From the NCBI GenBank assembly GCA_037447605.1, contig CM074818.1:2058617-2122616 (forward strand): a stretch of DNA of 64,000 bases. The letters are read 5' to 3'. The DNA is from Zygnema circumcarinatum SAG 698-1b (lineage: Eukaryota; Plantae; Zygnematophyceae). A program made the position numbers and the translations under genes. Shown piece by piece: positions 1 through 28,776 of the stretch (position 1 is its first letter; each line of letters opens with the position of its first letter). The notes below the pieces were generated by a model, which saw only the letters and a program-made list of their open reading frames with translations, ran no database searches and was not told the DNA's origin.

Positions 1-133
1 AACAACACTGCAGGCATCTACAGTATCCTTCTCTCACACTATCAGGCTCTCGCTGCTATTTTCTACCAGTATGTAATAAAGCTCAACGACACATGACGAC
101 AAAATAAAAAAGATTATGAGAGAAAAAGTGTAC

Positions 134-3653
<3,520 letters not shown>

Positions 3654-4808
3654 GGCGGAGACAAGTTCAAGCTCCAAAATTTCTTGAAAGACAGGGAAGC
3701 TTTGAAGGAGGGCAATGAGGCCGTTTCCACGAAGGGACCTTGCGAAGAAGCAGCCGATCAGGGCATGCCTCGTCACATATTGATGATGTGGTAGGCTGTG
3801 ATTGGTTCAATCTGTGGTCTCTTAAAAAAAAAAGACAACTGCTAGCAAGCGTTGCAAGCCAACCATTGGTTACCAACCATTGCAACTAGAGGCATCCAAT
3901 GGTCGTTGCAACCATTAGCAATGGTAGGCTAGGTCCTAAGCCAATGGTTGTTATCCAATGGTTGTGCGTATGGTTGGATACCATTGCCAATGGTTGGTTG
4001 GTTCGCGACCTAAGGTTCACAACCATTTCAATGGTTGATCCAATGGTTGGTCCAATGGTCCGACCTGTATGCACTCTTCCACCTTCCTGTTGAAGCAAAC
4101 ATTTTATTTTAGACTCTGCCCGAAAGTTCAGATGGGGAAATTTGAGTATGTAAGTGGGCAGGTAAAAATCAAAAGTAATTACTCCCATGAGCCGCTGGGA
4201 GCCCTCCAAAAGTCTCCACGCAAACCGCAAATCGAAACCGCCCAACCGCAAAAAACAAAGAATAATAATATCCTCGGCAGTGACCTGTGCCACGTGTCGC
4301 GATTGGGGTCGTTCTAGATAATGTATGGAAGTGACGTGGGATGATTTTCTTGCCACGTCGACTTGATGTACGGATACGCATCTAATCGCATTTACGGCCA
4401 AATGCAGACTCGAAAGAAAAAATCTGACCAAGTACAGACTGTACGGAATGATGGCCCTTGATGTTGTGTCGGAGCCTTAGCTAGAAGCGAACTTGTTCAA
4501 CAACAACTTGCTTGCTCCACTCGGCTAGCAATCAATGTTGTTGGATTTTAGGGTTTTTAGGGTTTCGCGGGCTTTCCGAATGTTGCATGAGAGCGAGGAG
4601 AGGAGCCATGAGAAGCGCGAGGAGACTCAACCATGAAGCGATGGATTCATTCATAACATGCTTTTTCTCCAAAAAAAACCCACCTTTCAAAGTCCTAGAG
4701 ATAAAGGACCACTAAAGACTTCCAAGAATAGGCTCTGAACCCTGACGCCCCTCCCCTCCCCTAGGCCGTGTTGTTGTTGTTGTTGTCCCAACGAGCCCAA
4801 GTTCCACT

Positions 4809-17389
<12,581 letters not shown>

Positions 17390-18167
17390 CGCACGTGCGA
17401 ACCTGCACCATCAGCGGCGCTCCTTCCCTGCGGAGTGGGCGGGGAGGAGGGAGGTCTCCGGGAAGCTTTTGCTGACGTCACGCGCTTGCAAAGCGGCTCG
17501 ACGGGATTGGGCGGGTGACGTTGTGACGTGTGCGGAGGGAATGTGCTTTCTCTCCTGCTTGGGAGTGGGGAGGGAAAGCAGAGCGCCACGTGGCAGTCGG
17601 GGTTGTTGAGGTGAGTGAGAGTGAGTGGGAAGGGAGGGAGGCAAGAGGGAGAAAGGGGATGGGGAGAGTAGGCAGGGAGGCAGGGTGGAGGGGGGACAGA
17701 GAAGGAGGGAGGGAGGGAGGGAGGGAGGGAGGGAGGGAGAGAGGGAAGAGGGAGGGAGGAGGGAAAGAATGGGAAAGGGATAAGGGGGGGAGGTGGAAGG
17801 AAGGAGGGATAGAGGGAGGGGGGAGTGGGAGGGGGGCTGAAGTGGGCAGGGGGGAGGAGAGCAAAAGGGGTGGGGGTGGAAGCGGATTTGGGAGAGGGGA
17901 GGTGGAGGGAGAGGGAGAGAAGAGAGAGCGAGGGAGAGCAGGGGGGAAGAGTGGGAGAGCGAATTTGTAACCCTCGATAAAGTAACATTCCATACAACAC
18001 TTCGTTTGCAAGTCTAGGCATTAAGGAGGTTCTGGGTTTGTATGATGTTTCCAGTTTTGGATTTTTGNNNNNNNNNNNNNNNNNNNNNNNNNNNNNNNNN
18101 NNNNNNNNNNNNNNNNNNNNNNNNNNNNNNNNNNNNNNNNNNNNNNNNNNNNNNNNNNNNNNNNNNN

Positions 18168-18862
18168 TTGACGAGCATGCGGATAACATCATTCAGCTTC
18201 TTTTGAGAGTTTTGGACAGCGGAAGTGAAACTGGGCGTCAAAACGCCATGCAAGCGATTGGAGCATTCGCTATCATGAGGGGACCTGATTTTTTCAGACA
18301 TATGAATGATCTCCAGCCTTGCTTGCAAAAGGAGCTGGAAAAACGAGGAGACCACACAATGCTTTCGTATACAGTGGAAGCCGTGGGAGACATCGCCAGA
18401 GCTCTGGATACGTGTTTCTCACCTTACGTTCCATTTTTTATGAAGCGATTGCTGATGGCCTCGGGCAGCAAGGGGCTGCATGACAGTCTGAAGCCGACCA
18501 TTATCTCGTGCTTTGGAGATATCGCACTAACTGTCAACGAAAATTTTGAAGTTTACTTGTCAGAGGTGATGAATATTCTCAAAGATGGATGTCAAATTTC
18601 AGCGCAACAATTGCAAATTCCGCAAGGGGGTGAGGCGGTGAAATTCATTAACCGGCTGCGGGTCAGCATTCTGCATGGATTATCCTGCCTCGTGCAAGCA
18701 TTCAAGAGCACCCAGGCAGAATGCATGCAACAATACTGCGATCTGATTTATTCCTATATTGACAATATGCTTCAAGACAAGACAAGGTATGTTCTTGTCA
18801 AACAGGTTTTTTTTATTATTCACTGGCATCTCTCTCTCTCTCTCTCTCACACTCTCTCACTC

Positions 18863-18905
<43 letters not shown>

Positions 18906-18915
18906 NNNNNNNNNN

Positions 18916-18958
<43 letters not shown>

Positions 18959-19366
18959 TCTCGCTCGCTCGCTCTCTCTCTTTCAGCGGCATTGTTTGAA
19001 ACGATGCCTCCACTACCTAACAGTCACTTTCTGATTTCTCATCGTTTGAACTTTGACCTTTGCTACGGTGCATATTGGCGGCTCATAGCCCATCTGAAGG
19101 ATACTGTTCTATTGTTACTTTTTGGGGACAGGGATGAGTCTGTCACAATGGCAGCCATTGCACTACTGTGCGATATTGCGGATGGAATGGGCTGCGTCGC
19201 CGAAGCTTTGTTGAAGGCGCATTCGTTTTGCAGAAAATTTCTTGAGGAATGCTTGGCATCAAATGACGCTAAAATGAAGGAGACCGCAGTCTGGGCTCGT
19301 GAACGCATCCGTCAGATTGAGAGTATGCAATATCTGCTGAATGACTTCGATCGGTTTGGCGTTTAA
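18168..19366 (+). CDS. KPNB1: Importin subunit beta-1-like HEAT-repeat protein, C-terminal portion only (5' part missing at the 100-N gap)
   Basis: Exons ~18168-18786 and 19132-19366 (TAA). Motifs QNAMQAIGAFA, VGDIARAL, LKPTIISCFGDIAL and AIALLCDIADGMG resemble importin-beta HEAT repeats. The long penultimate exon plus short last exon matches the plant KPNB1 gene layout. Confidence 0.85.
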
Positions 19367-21504
19367 AGCGTCCATGCAGGGCAATATTTTAGGATTTTTT
19401 ATTCTTTAAGTTTGGCATTCATGTCTGTCAGTCTGATCAAACCAAAGCAGAGTCTGTGCTTATCATATCTTTGAGGGATAGACCAATTCCTCGTGGTTCC
19501 CCATGCTGCTTTTGTCCATGTACATTTGATGGCCTCGCCATCGTGAGATCAATGCCATTTTCCTCTACCGTTTAAGGCGGGAGTGATGTGGCATTAAGGC
19601 CCAATCCAGGCCCGAAGTTGCGATCCACAGATCCATACTGTACCGTATCGCACCGTGCCGTATCGTTCCATATCGCCTGTAGCATATCGTATCGTATCGT
19701 AACGCAACCTACCCTCTCAGTTCCCGTTATTATCTGCTGGCCCATGTCTGTAAATTTTATTTCCTTTCGTGATCTTTTTGCTTTCAATAATTTCAACCTC
19801 CTGTTTTTTGTAGTTTTTAGAAAATTTAAATATAAAAACTATAACAAACCTGGTCGCCTGCACGTGCCGCCCTGGGACAACTTCCCTCTTCCCGGCGTGC
19901 CACGTGTTTCGTATGGCATCGCGCATGTCGCATGGCATGGCCCCACAAACAAAATGCAAAAAGGAAAGAGGGGATCCACGCATGCATGATGCCCGGATGC
20001 CCATCCCGATGGATATGCCATTCCCTTTCTCCTTTGCGGACATAATCATGTAAAGCTAATGGAAAATCGCCACGTGTACAGTCTTGCCACGTTGACGATG
20101 GCCATTGGTTGAGTCTCGAGGTGCACTAGTTCCTGAACGAGAAATTCCGTTGGTACCCTTCAGACAGTGTGAATGGTCAAATGGAGTCGATGCCCGTCCC
20201 GATTTTCAGTGTGAACAGGGGTCCGTTTACGTCGCTGTCTGGATTCTCAATGTGAACGTGTAAAACGTTTCGTCGTTTTATCGTTCGCATACGTACGGAA
20301 GGACCCATCCGTATGGAGATATATTGTCGACATAGAGCCTGTTCTGCTAAACAGCGAACTGGTTGTCGCCGAAAGCTCATCATGCGACGAAATGCGACAT
20401 TTAACGACTTTATGCGACGGATTCGGAAGCTTTTCCCCATAGTGCGATGCGTCGGCGACGTCGCCCGTTTCAAATCATGGGAATTTTTCAAATTTGTGGA
20501 ACGGAGAGTATGGAATGGTTTTCAGGGTTTGACTTTGCCCCTGTTCGGACAGGAGGCTCTGTTTTCCTCTCCGATGCGCTGAGGGGGAGACGGGAAGCCA
20601 TGGATTAGGGTTTGGTCGCTCTCTCTCTCTCCCTCTCTCTCTCTGCGCTCTCTCTCTCCCTCTCACCCTTCTTCCCTCCTCTCTCCCGCTCCCCTCTCCC
20701 CTCTCCCCTCTCCCCTCTCCCCTCTCCCCTATNNNNNNNNNNCCCCTCTCCCCTCTCCCCTATCCCCTCTCCCCTCTCCCCTATCCCCTCTCCCCTCTCC
20801 CCTCTCCCCCCCCTCTCCCCTCTCCCCTCTCCCCTCTCCCTCTCCCACTCTCCTCCCATCCCTCCCCCACTTTTTCCCCCTCTTTTTCCTTTTTCCCTGT
20901 CCCAATCCCTCCTCACCTTCATTCTCCGTCCCTTTCCGACCTCTCTCCCTCTAATCTGACTCCCCCTTCGTCTCTCCTTCCCCTCCCTACCCACTCGCCT
21001 TCCCTTCCTTCTCCCTCCCATCTACTTTCCCCCACCTCTCCCTGCCCACTCCTTCACCTCCCTCCTATCTCCTTCTTTTCCCCCCTCCGCCCTCCCCCAC
21101 TCCACTCTTCCATCTCCTTTCCCCCTCTTCTGGCCCTCTCCCTAGGCCCCCTCCCCCACCCTCTTTCTTTCCCCTCCTTTCCTTCCCTCCTCATCCCTCT
21201 CTCCTCCCCCAACCCTCTCCCTGTTCCTTCCTCACTCCCCCTCCTTCACCTCTCCCCTTCCCCTTCCCATCCCTTCACCTCTCCCCCCCCTCCCTCCCAT
21301 CTTCCTCTCCCCACCTCTCTCCCTCCCGTCGCCCTCCCCCTCCTCTCCCCCCTCCCCCTCCCCCTCCCCCTCCCCCTACCCCTACCCCTCCCCTTTTCAT
21401 CCCCTCCGCTCTCCCCCCCCCGTCCTTGTCTCTCTCTCGCCCTTCTTTTTCTGCAATGTACGGCTCTCCTCCTCTGCCCTGCGGCGCGGCAGAGTCGCCG
21501 AACC

Positions 21505-24500
21505 ATGCAGGGTGTGGGCATCGACTTTGAAAAGGACGGAAGCTTCCTGGAACTTTTCTTCTCCTGCTGCTGCAGGAGCCCCTCTGGCCAGCTTTCAGCC
21601 AATAGCACTCGCTCCTGCCGGCAAGGGAGAGAGGGGTCCAGAATGGGGAAGGTCCTAAGGTAGGGTGGGAACGAGAGTGGGGGAGAGAGAGAGAGAGCAA
21701 AGCTCCGTGTAGTGCTGGGCAAATATTATATTTTGAAGGAAATGGGCCTCGATAACCAAAACTGATTTCGTATAGAGTTAGGGTTTGCCGTGGAACAATC
21801 AGGGTTTGAGGATTGATTAGGGTTTGCTGCACATTCGCTTACTCTTTGGTCCTTCGGCTGCTGCTATGTGCTGCTCATTTTCGGAGGCTTGCGTGTCGGT
21901 TACAAATTTGTGGTTTGTTGATTAGAAGTGCAAGTTTTCCTTATTCAGATTTTCTGTTTTTAAGAGGGGGAGCCTCCTTTTTGCCTCCTTGACTAGCAGG
22001 AACACCAAGTGGCAGAGCATCACAAGGCAGAGAACTTTCAGCGCAGAAAGGAAGAGCTCCTTGGAAGAGCTGAAGGGCTGTCACTACCTTCGGAGCATTC
22101 TTTCGCACCATCAGAAGGTACAGGGACCCTTCCTTCGTATTCATGCCATATTGATCGATTTGGATTGCCATTCAGATAGCCCTTTTCTGTTCAGTGCTGA
22201 GGAAAGTGGAAAGGCGTATTGCAATATGATAGTTTTACAACATATCTATGCTTTTGGATTCACCCGTCTAACTCTCTTCCTTGGGCCTCCCTCCTCTCTC
22301 CTCCGTATTGTCTCCCTCCCTCCCTCCCTCCCTCCCTCCCTCCCCTCCCTCTCCTTCCTCATGCGATGCCAGAAGGGCGGCCTCCCCTTTTATCCACATT
22401 CCCAGGGTCTTCCACCTCAACTTCAGCCTAAACTGACCCTGAAAGAGATCAAAGAGAGCAAAGGGAGCATTTGCGCCCCCTCTCGGGGGCCCTCTGTGAA
22501 GTCCTGCAAGTCTGTTTTAGCCACTACCGAGCCTCCACCGGAGGCCGGCCCTCCCACTCCCACCATTGGAAGGAGGATGCCAACTCGCACTAAGCGACAG
22601 CCGAAGAAGATTTCACCAAAGAGGTGGGAAACACTGCTTGAAGAAGTGGGGGTAGAAGTTAAAATGGCGGAATCGTGAGAAAGTAGGATGTTAGTTGTTG
22701 TATGTTTCACGGTTAAGTTAAGTTGTTAAGTGTTAAGTTAAGTGTTAAGTTGTTGGCATGTTGTGCTGCTTGTGGCCTCAGGCCTAAAGGGCGTGGGCTA
22801 TGGTGGGAGGGGAGAGAGGGATGGAAAAGGATAGTTATAGAGAGAGAGAGAGAGAGAGAGCAAGAGAGATAGAGAGAGAGAGATGGGCTTTGGCAGGGAA
22901 ACGTAGTGATGTGATGTATTTAGAGCCTTGACTAGTGTGGACAGTTGGGATGTGTTCGTTCTTACGTTAGCGTTTTTTTTCTTATGAGGCTATTTTTGAC
23001 ATTGATATTAGGGGGGATGGACCAAATTATCAGGCAGGGAGCCTGTAAAGATGACGCAGAGTTTGAGGAAGATTCGAGACTGCCTCCGCTCTCTCGCGGG
23101 AGTGTACGGCTTCCATACAAGCGCCCCTTTTTCACGCTTGCTCTTCACCCCCATGAGATTGAGCAGGTCGGTATTTCCTTTCCTTTGTATTTGCCTTATT
23201 CATGTGATGTAGACCAATGTAAGGTCGCAGGAGATGAAGGAAGAGAGGGAAAGCACAGGGAGAGAGACATAGGAAGGTCTTGAGTAGCTTGCTGGGCTGT
23301 TTTCGGCATCGTTGGTTGAAGGCGGGAGATAGAGATTAAGGAAGGGGAAGTGAAATGGCACGGAGAGAGAGATTGGGAGAGACCACGAGTGTGAGAGAGA
23401 GTGAGAAGGAAAGAGAGGGGAGAAAGGGAGAGACTGAGTTGTGGGTTTCTGCTGCTTGCCGTGTGCAGGATCTTGCCCTAATTTCTAACTTCAAGCGGCG
23501 GCGAACCTTTCGAGCGAGCCACCATCTCTCAGCGATGGCCGACGACATGTCCTCCTGCGCCATCATGCTGCTGCGCCTCAAGAACCACGAGTAATTCTCT
23601 CAACCGAGTGCACAAGTGGGGGGAGGACCTGGGATTGGGAGTGGAGTGGGAGTGGGAGTGGGAGTGGGAGTGGGAGTGGGAGTGGGAATGGGAGTGGGAG
23701 TGGGAGTGGGAATGGGAGTGGGAGTGGGAGTGAGAGTGGGAGTGGGCGCTTTAGAAGGTTGCATCTATTTTGGGGTTAATGACCTCCTTTTTTATTGAAA
23801 GTAATATTCCAATACTGAGTATGGCGAAGTCCTCCGTTCGTAGAGCCATCTGTTTCTTCTCCATGATATTCTGACCGTCCCTCTCTAAGAACTTGTTGAT
23901 TTCTACCATCCAAGTACGGCTGATATAAGTAACTCTCTCTTTACAAAGTGACATCGTAACAAAAATATCAGCAATGCATGGATGCTTTTAGAATTCCGGG
24001 TATACTTCCGACTATCTAATATTCTAAGGACGAAACAGTTGTGCTGAATATGTGCAGGTTGGGCTCGTCCTTTAACCATCCTGTTGCAAAATCTGAGTGG
24101 CCACTGAAGGCAAAGGAGCTTTACTTTTTATATGTGGATTCTCCCCTTGACTTGAGCATAATACAGGTAATGTTGATGCTCTAAAGTTATCGTAAAGCGA
24201 TTGCGACTTTCTTGGTAGTTTGATGTTAGTTATATTACTGAGTATTGGAAGGCAAGTGAGTTGAATAGACAGTTGTAAAGCTTTCGCTCCCTCTCTCTCT
24301 CACTCTCTCATGGAAGTCCCGCACCAGTTTTCAGCACCCGGCATGCTATTAGAAGACATTGTCGTTTAAGTGAAGTCTTAATTCGACTAAGTTAAAGAAA
24401 CGGATATCCTCATATGCAGGCTCGGCTGAGCTGCGGCGAATATACGCATTCAGTTCTTTTTGCGGATGATGTGAGGGCAGTTTTCCGTAATGCAGCGATG

Positions 24501-26717
24501 TGTGCACCTTCTGACAGTACAATACAAGTAAGCTATCTTTTCTCCTCCTCTTCTCGGACTCCCTCCTTCCCTCTCTCTCTCCCCTATTTCGCTTCTGATA
24601 GTACGGAGGCAAGTTTTCTTGCTCTCCTCTCCTTTCCTCCCTTTCTCTCGAATTGTACAATGTACGCCAGTTGGCTTCTCTCGCGCCTTATCAGGCTCTC
24701 TCTCTCTCTCTCTTTCCCTCTCTCTTATCTTTCTGATAGTTCATTACCTGTAAGCTCCTTTCTCTCCACCCCTTATCTCTCTCTCTCCCCCTCTCGCGAA
24801 TAGGAGGGAGGTGCCCAAGGTGTGTGCTCTCTCTCATTGTACAGTGCAGAAAGTAACTTCACCACTCCCCTTCTCAACCACTCTCCGTCTCCTACTTCTA
24901 TTCCTCTCACTTCCCATCATCTTCCCACTATATGCTGAAGGCTTTGATCTCTTTTCCCTCTTACAGCCCAAATCCAAGTCCAAGTCTATTAAACTTCAAT
25001 TTACTGAATTTGCGAGCAGGAAAATGCGCTCCTTTTATGGCGACTATTTGAAGAAGATGTGGCTCTTTACGGAATCGCAGCAACAGAGCCCGTAGTCGTT
25101 CCCGGACTTCCAAATGAATCAAAAAAAGACTCAAAATGTATAAAAGAAAAATTACAAAATGTACGAAAAGATAAAATTCAGCAACCTGCAAATTCAGCAT
25201 GTACAGCCGCTGTAACTTCTGCTCCTCCCACAATCTGCTTCCAGAAGAGGAAGAGAGGGGAAGGAGTGGGAGAGGGAGATGAAGAAGGGAACGGAGCCCG
25301 AAAGAAGATGGTATATCTTCCAGTTGCCGATACTGCCGTTTTGATGATTTCAAAGGTACGGACACGTGTGGGAGGGAGGGCGAACAAGTTGACTGTTGGA
25401 GGTAACGGTGAATGGAACGGAGAGTCCACTCCCTCTACTTCTGGTCCGTTATGGCAGAGCTCAAACTCAAATGAGAGTAGCAAGCAGGAGGGACAAATGG
25501 TTGACAGTAAGGGAATTGAGAGTCTGTTGGCTTTGGAGGAGGTAGGGAGGACGCTGCTTAGCATTCAGAGTTTGGAAACGGTAAGCATGAAGCAGGAGTG
25601 GGAGAAAGAGGGAGAGAGGGAAGAGCAGAGAAGTCTAACCGTTCCATGTGGGGATTTGGGAGAAGTTCACAATCAGGAGGTGGGTGTGAAGGAGGTGGGT
25701 GTGAAGGAGGAGGTTGTGAAGGTAAAGAGAGCGAGAGGACGTCCCAGTACAAAGGGAAAGAAGAAGGAGGAGAGAGTAAAGAGTGGGAAGAAAGATGGGA
25801 GTTCTGTAGCTTTGGAAAATGTGCATGCAAGGGGGGCGAATGGGCTCGGCAGAGAGGGGTCGGAGGGGAGAGGATGCATGGGAGAGGTAGAGCAGAGATG
25901 TGGGAGAGTGTATAGCTTTCTAGCAGAGGCTGTGGAGATTTATTCTCCAGTGAATGGAGAGGGACCCAAGGAGTTCTCTCTGGATTGGTTACACCCAGTT
26001 CGTATGCAGAGGAAGAGAGGAGGGAGAGGAGCTATGGTGGGCGGAAACAGTGGGAGATGTCGAGGAGGGAGTGATGATACAAAGTGGGTTAAAAACTGCA
26101 TTCGAGAAGCGGAACTGAAGGTGAAAGCGAAGGAGGTGGAGGTGAAGGAGAGGAAAGAGGAGAGACAGGGGACAGATAACCTGTTGGCTGATGAAGAGGT
26201 TCAGCGCACAGATAAAGGAGAGAGAGGGGAGGAAGGAGAGGCAGCATCGGCTGTGGAGATTGCAAGGAAATGTCTCCTGGATATGGCGAAGTCTGCCACA
26301 GAATATGAAGTGGGAGGGAAAGAAGATGCGGTAGAGGAAGCAGAAGTTGCGAGTCTTTTGGAGCAGCTGAAGCGCGGTTTTGCTCAACCAGAAACTGAAT
26401 TGATGATGCCGAAACAAGAGCTGACTGTGAACGAGAAAGTGGGAGAGAAGGTGACCGAGAGAGAGAAGAGAGAGAGAGATGCGAGTAGTAGTGCGAGGAC
26501 AAGCCGGCCCTTCATGGAGGAGTGGAGGCCAATCGCAGAAGCGCTTGCAAAGGGAGAAGCGAAGATTAAGAGCCATTCAGTTTTTTCGATAAAGCAAGGA
26601 ACGGCTGTGAGGGGGCCTCTTCCCTCCTCTGGAAAGGTCTTGGGCCCTCTCACAAATGGCTCCCACAAGTCAGCCTCTTGCACAACTGCAAAAGTAGCTG
26701 CTGCTCCTTCCAAATGA
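21505..26717 (+). CDS. Atypical bromodomain-containing nuclear protein (GTE-like bromodomain, DUF1639-like motif, AT-hook-like motif, long charged tail)
   Basis: Phase-compatible exons: 21505-21659 (tentative), 21949-22117, 22373-22645, 23038-23166, 23469-23590, 24058-24166, 24420-24527, 25020-26717. The spliced core reads [23 protein letters not shown]...[64 protein letters not shown], which is a bromodomain pattern. RARGRP occurs in the tail. The 5' exons are less certain. Confidence 0.75.
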
Positions 26718-28776
26718 GGTATTGAATGATAACCCAAAGTCATCTCTCTCTCTCTCTTTCTCACTCGCTCTCGTTCACTTACTACACTAACCTTAAACTT
26801 ATCTTATGAAGTTGGGCATTCATATAGAGCGAGAGGGGCCCTCGTTTCGTCCCTCCCTCCCTCTCCCTTTCTCTCTCTTGTTAAGTGCCCTGCATCTGGG
26901 CACTTCGGAACACTTCAGATCTATTCTTGACAATGTTATCTTTCACATATTCTGTCGACACATCCTCACAACTGAAACGACTCAACTTAACAACTCAACT
27001 TACATTTTGACTCGTTCTGACGTTTAGGTGAGTTAAACTCGTCTCATTTCGCCGTGCAGGTGAGTAAACTCTGGCGCGTAATGGAAGGCCACGACACCGT
27101 GGAGCTCCCATAGAACGGGCCGTTGTACAGACATGGAACCGCCCTGCTTTCAACGAGGGGGGGGTGAACTCTTATACATATATACACCGTGTGCAGCTGT
27201 CTGGTAGAAAGAAGTTCTTTAATTTTCCTTCGTTTTTTTGTGGGGGTGAGGGAGAGGGAGAGGGAGAGGAAGAGGGAGAGAAAGAAGGGGGGAGGATGGA
27301 GAGGGAGAAGGGGGGAGGATGGAGATGGAGAAGGGGGGAGAGAGGAAGGGAGAGGGGGGGGGGAGGAAGGGACAGGGGGGGAGGGAGAGAGAGAGAGGAG
27401 AGAAAGTGAGAGAGAGACTTGCAATACTTGTAATGGTATACAGCTGTCCCCTTAGCCTCTAATTGGCAGGACCAATCCAACACGGGTCGGTGACGGGTTT
27501 ATGGGATAGTGTAATTCTGAACGGAACGGAACCGCAGCATGGAGAGGGGCGCCATCCCTTCGCCATGCTCTGTACAGGCAGTCCCTATGTGTAAGATCAC
27601 TCTGTGTATGGAATGAAAGCTTTTGCTTCTTATCAGATGCTGGGAAACTACTGGGTTCTTAATGTCTCTGGGGCGTCCCCACCTTCCAAGAAGGTGCTGG
27701 GGAGGGAGGGCCTTCTTTGAAAGGAAGCTGTAATTAGTGGCAGTGTTGGAGGGAGAGGCCATGGCTTAGTAAGTGGGGTTATGGAAGAGAGCAGAGGGAG
27801 AGGGGTAGGGAGAGGGAGTGGGAGAGGGACAGGGAGAGGGAGAGGGAGAGGGAGAGAGCAGAGCAGTGAGTGAGGGAGGGTCGAAAGAGGTGGGGGAGGA
27901 GATGGGTGTTGCGGAGTGCCTGGGTAGAGAGTGGTTTGTTATTGGAACTGGGAAGGAGGGAGCTCAGCTCAACTTTTGATAGAAACATCTCCAATTTTAA
28001 GGTGTCCATGGGCTAAATTTCCGGCTTTCGCATTCTGTGCTCTGTTCTGTTCTGTTCGATTTGTTTCCATTCTATTTGTTGCATGCCATCTTTCATGCCA
28101 AGCGAACATGAAGAACAACATCTGAATGAATGCCTATCTTCTTCTTCTCATCTTATGATTTCAAGAAGTGATGGGGTTTTGGAGTCTAGTAATTAGGGTT
28201 CAGGTTTAGTAGGCTAGGATTCGATTAAAGGCTCCTCAGGGTTCTGCTGAAGCCTCTGCATTTTTTTTTTTTTTTTTCCTTAGGCCATTGTGAGGCGTTG
28301 GACTGGCGAGAGGCTTTTTTTTGCATGCTGATGTCACGTCAAGTCACGTCACGTCACGCTACGCCTGGCTGACGCATATGTCACGTCACGTCATGTCTGG
28401 TAACGTCACGTGTTTGATAATTAGCACAACAACATGAGTCATGAACAACATGTAGTTGTTCACGCAGTGCTAGGGATCTACCATGCGGATCCACCGATCT
28501 CCAGATCAACATCAACCCACAGTTGATCCTGGATCCACCTCGATGGTCGACTGTCGACGTCGGCCAGCCGAGCGACGTGGACCTCTTCCGCGTTCAGCGG
28601 AGCTGCAGCCAATCGCGGCAGTCTGTCACACGTATGACGAATTTAACAAATGGCCGCTTTTCCTTACACGTGCAGGCAAGTACCGCAAAGTGCCAAAGTC
28701 CCCTCCCCCTCCGCCTCTCTCCCTCCCTCCCTCCCCCCCTTTCTCTCTCTCCGAGGGAGAGCTTCTCAAGGGCACC

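Noticed and set aside
20050-20600. ORFs of 89-104 aa between importin-beta and the bromodomain gene
   Set aside because: They overlap in opposite directions without motifs. The region is rich in ACGT cores and reads like a promoter.
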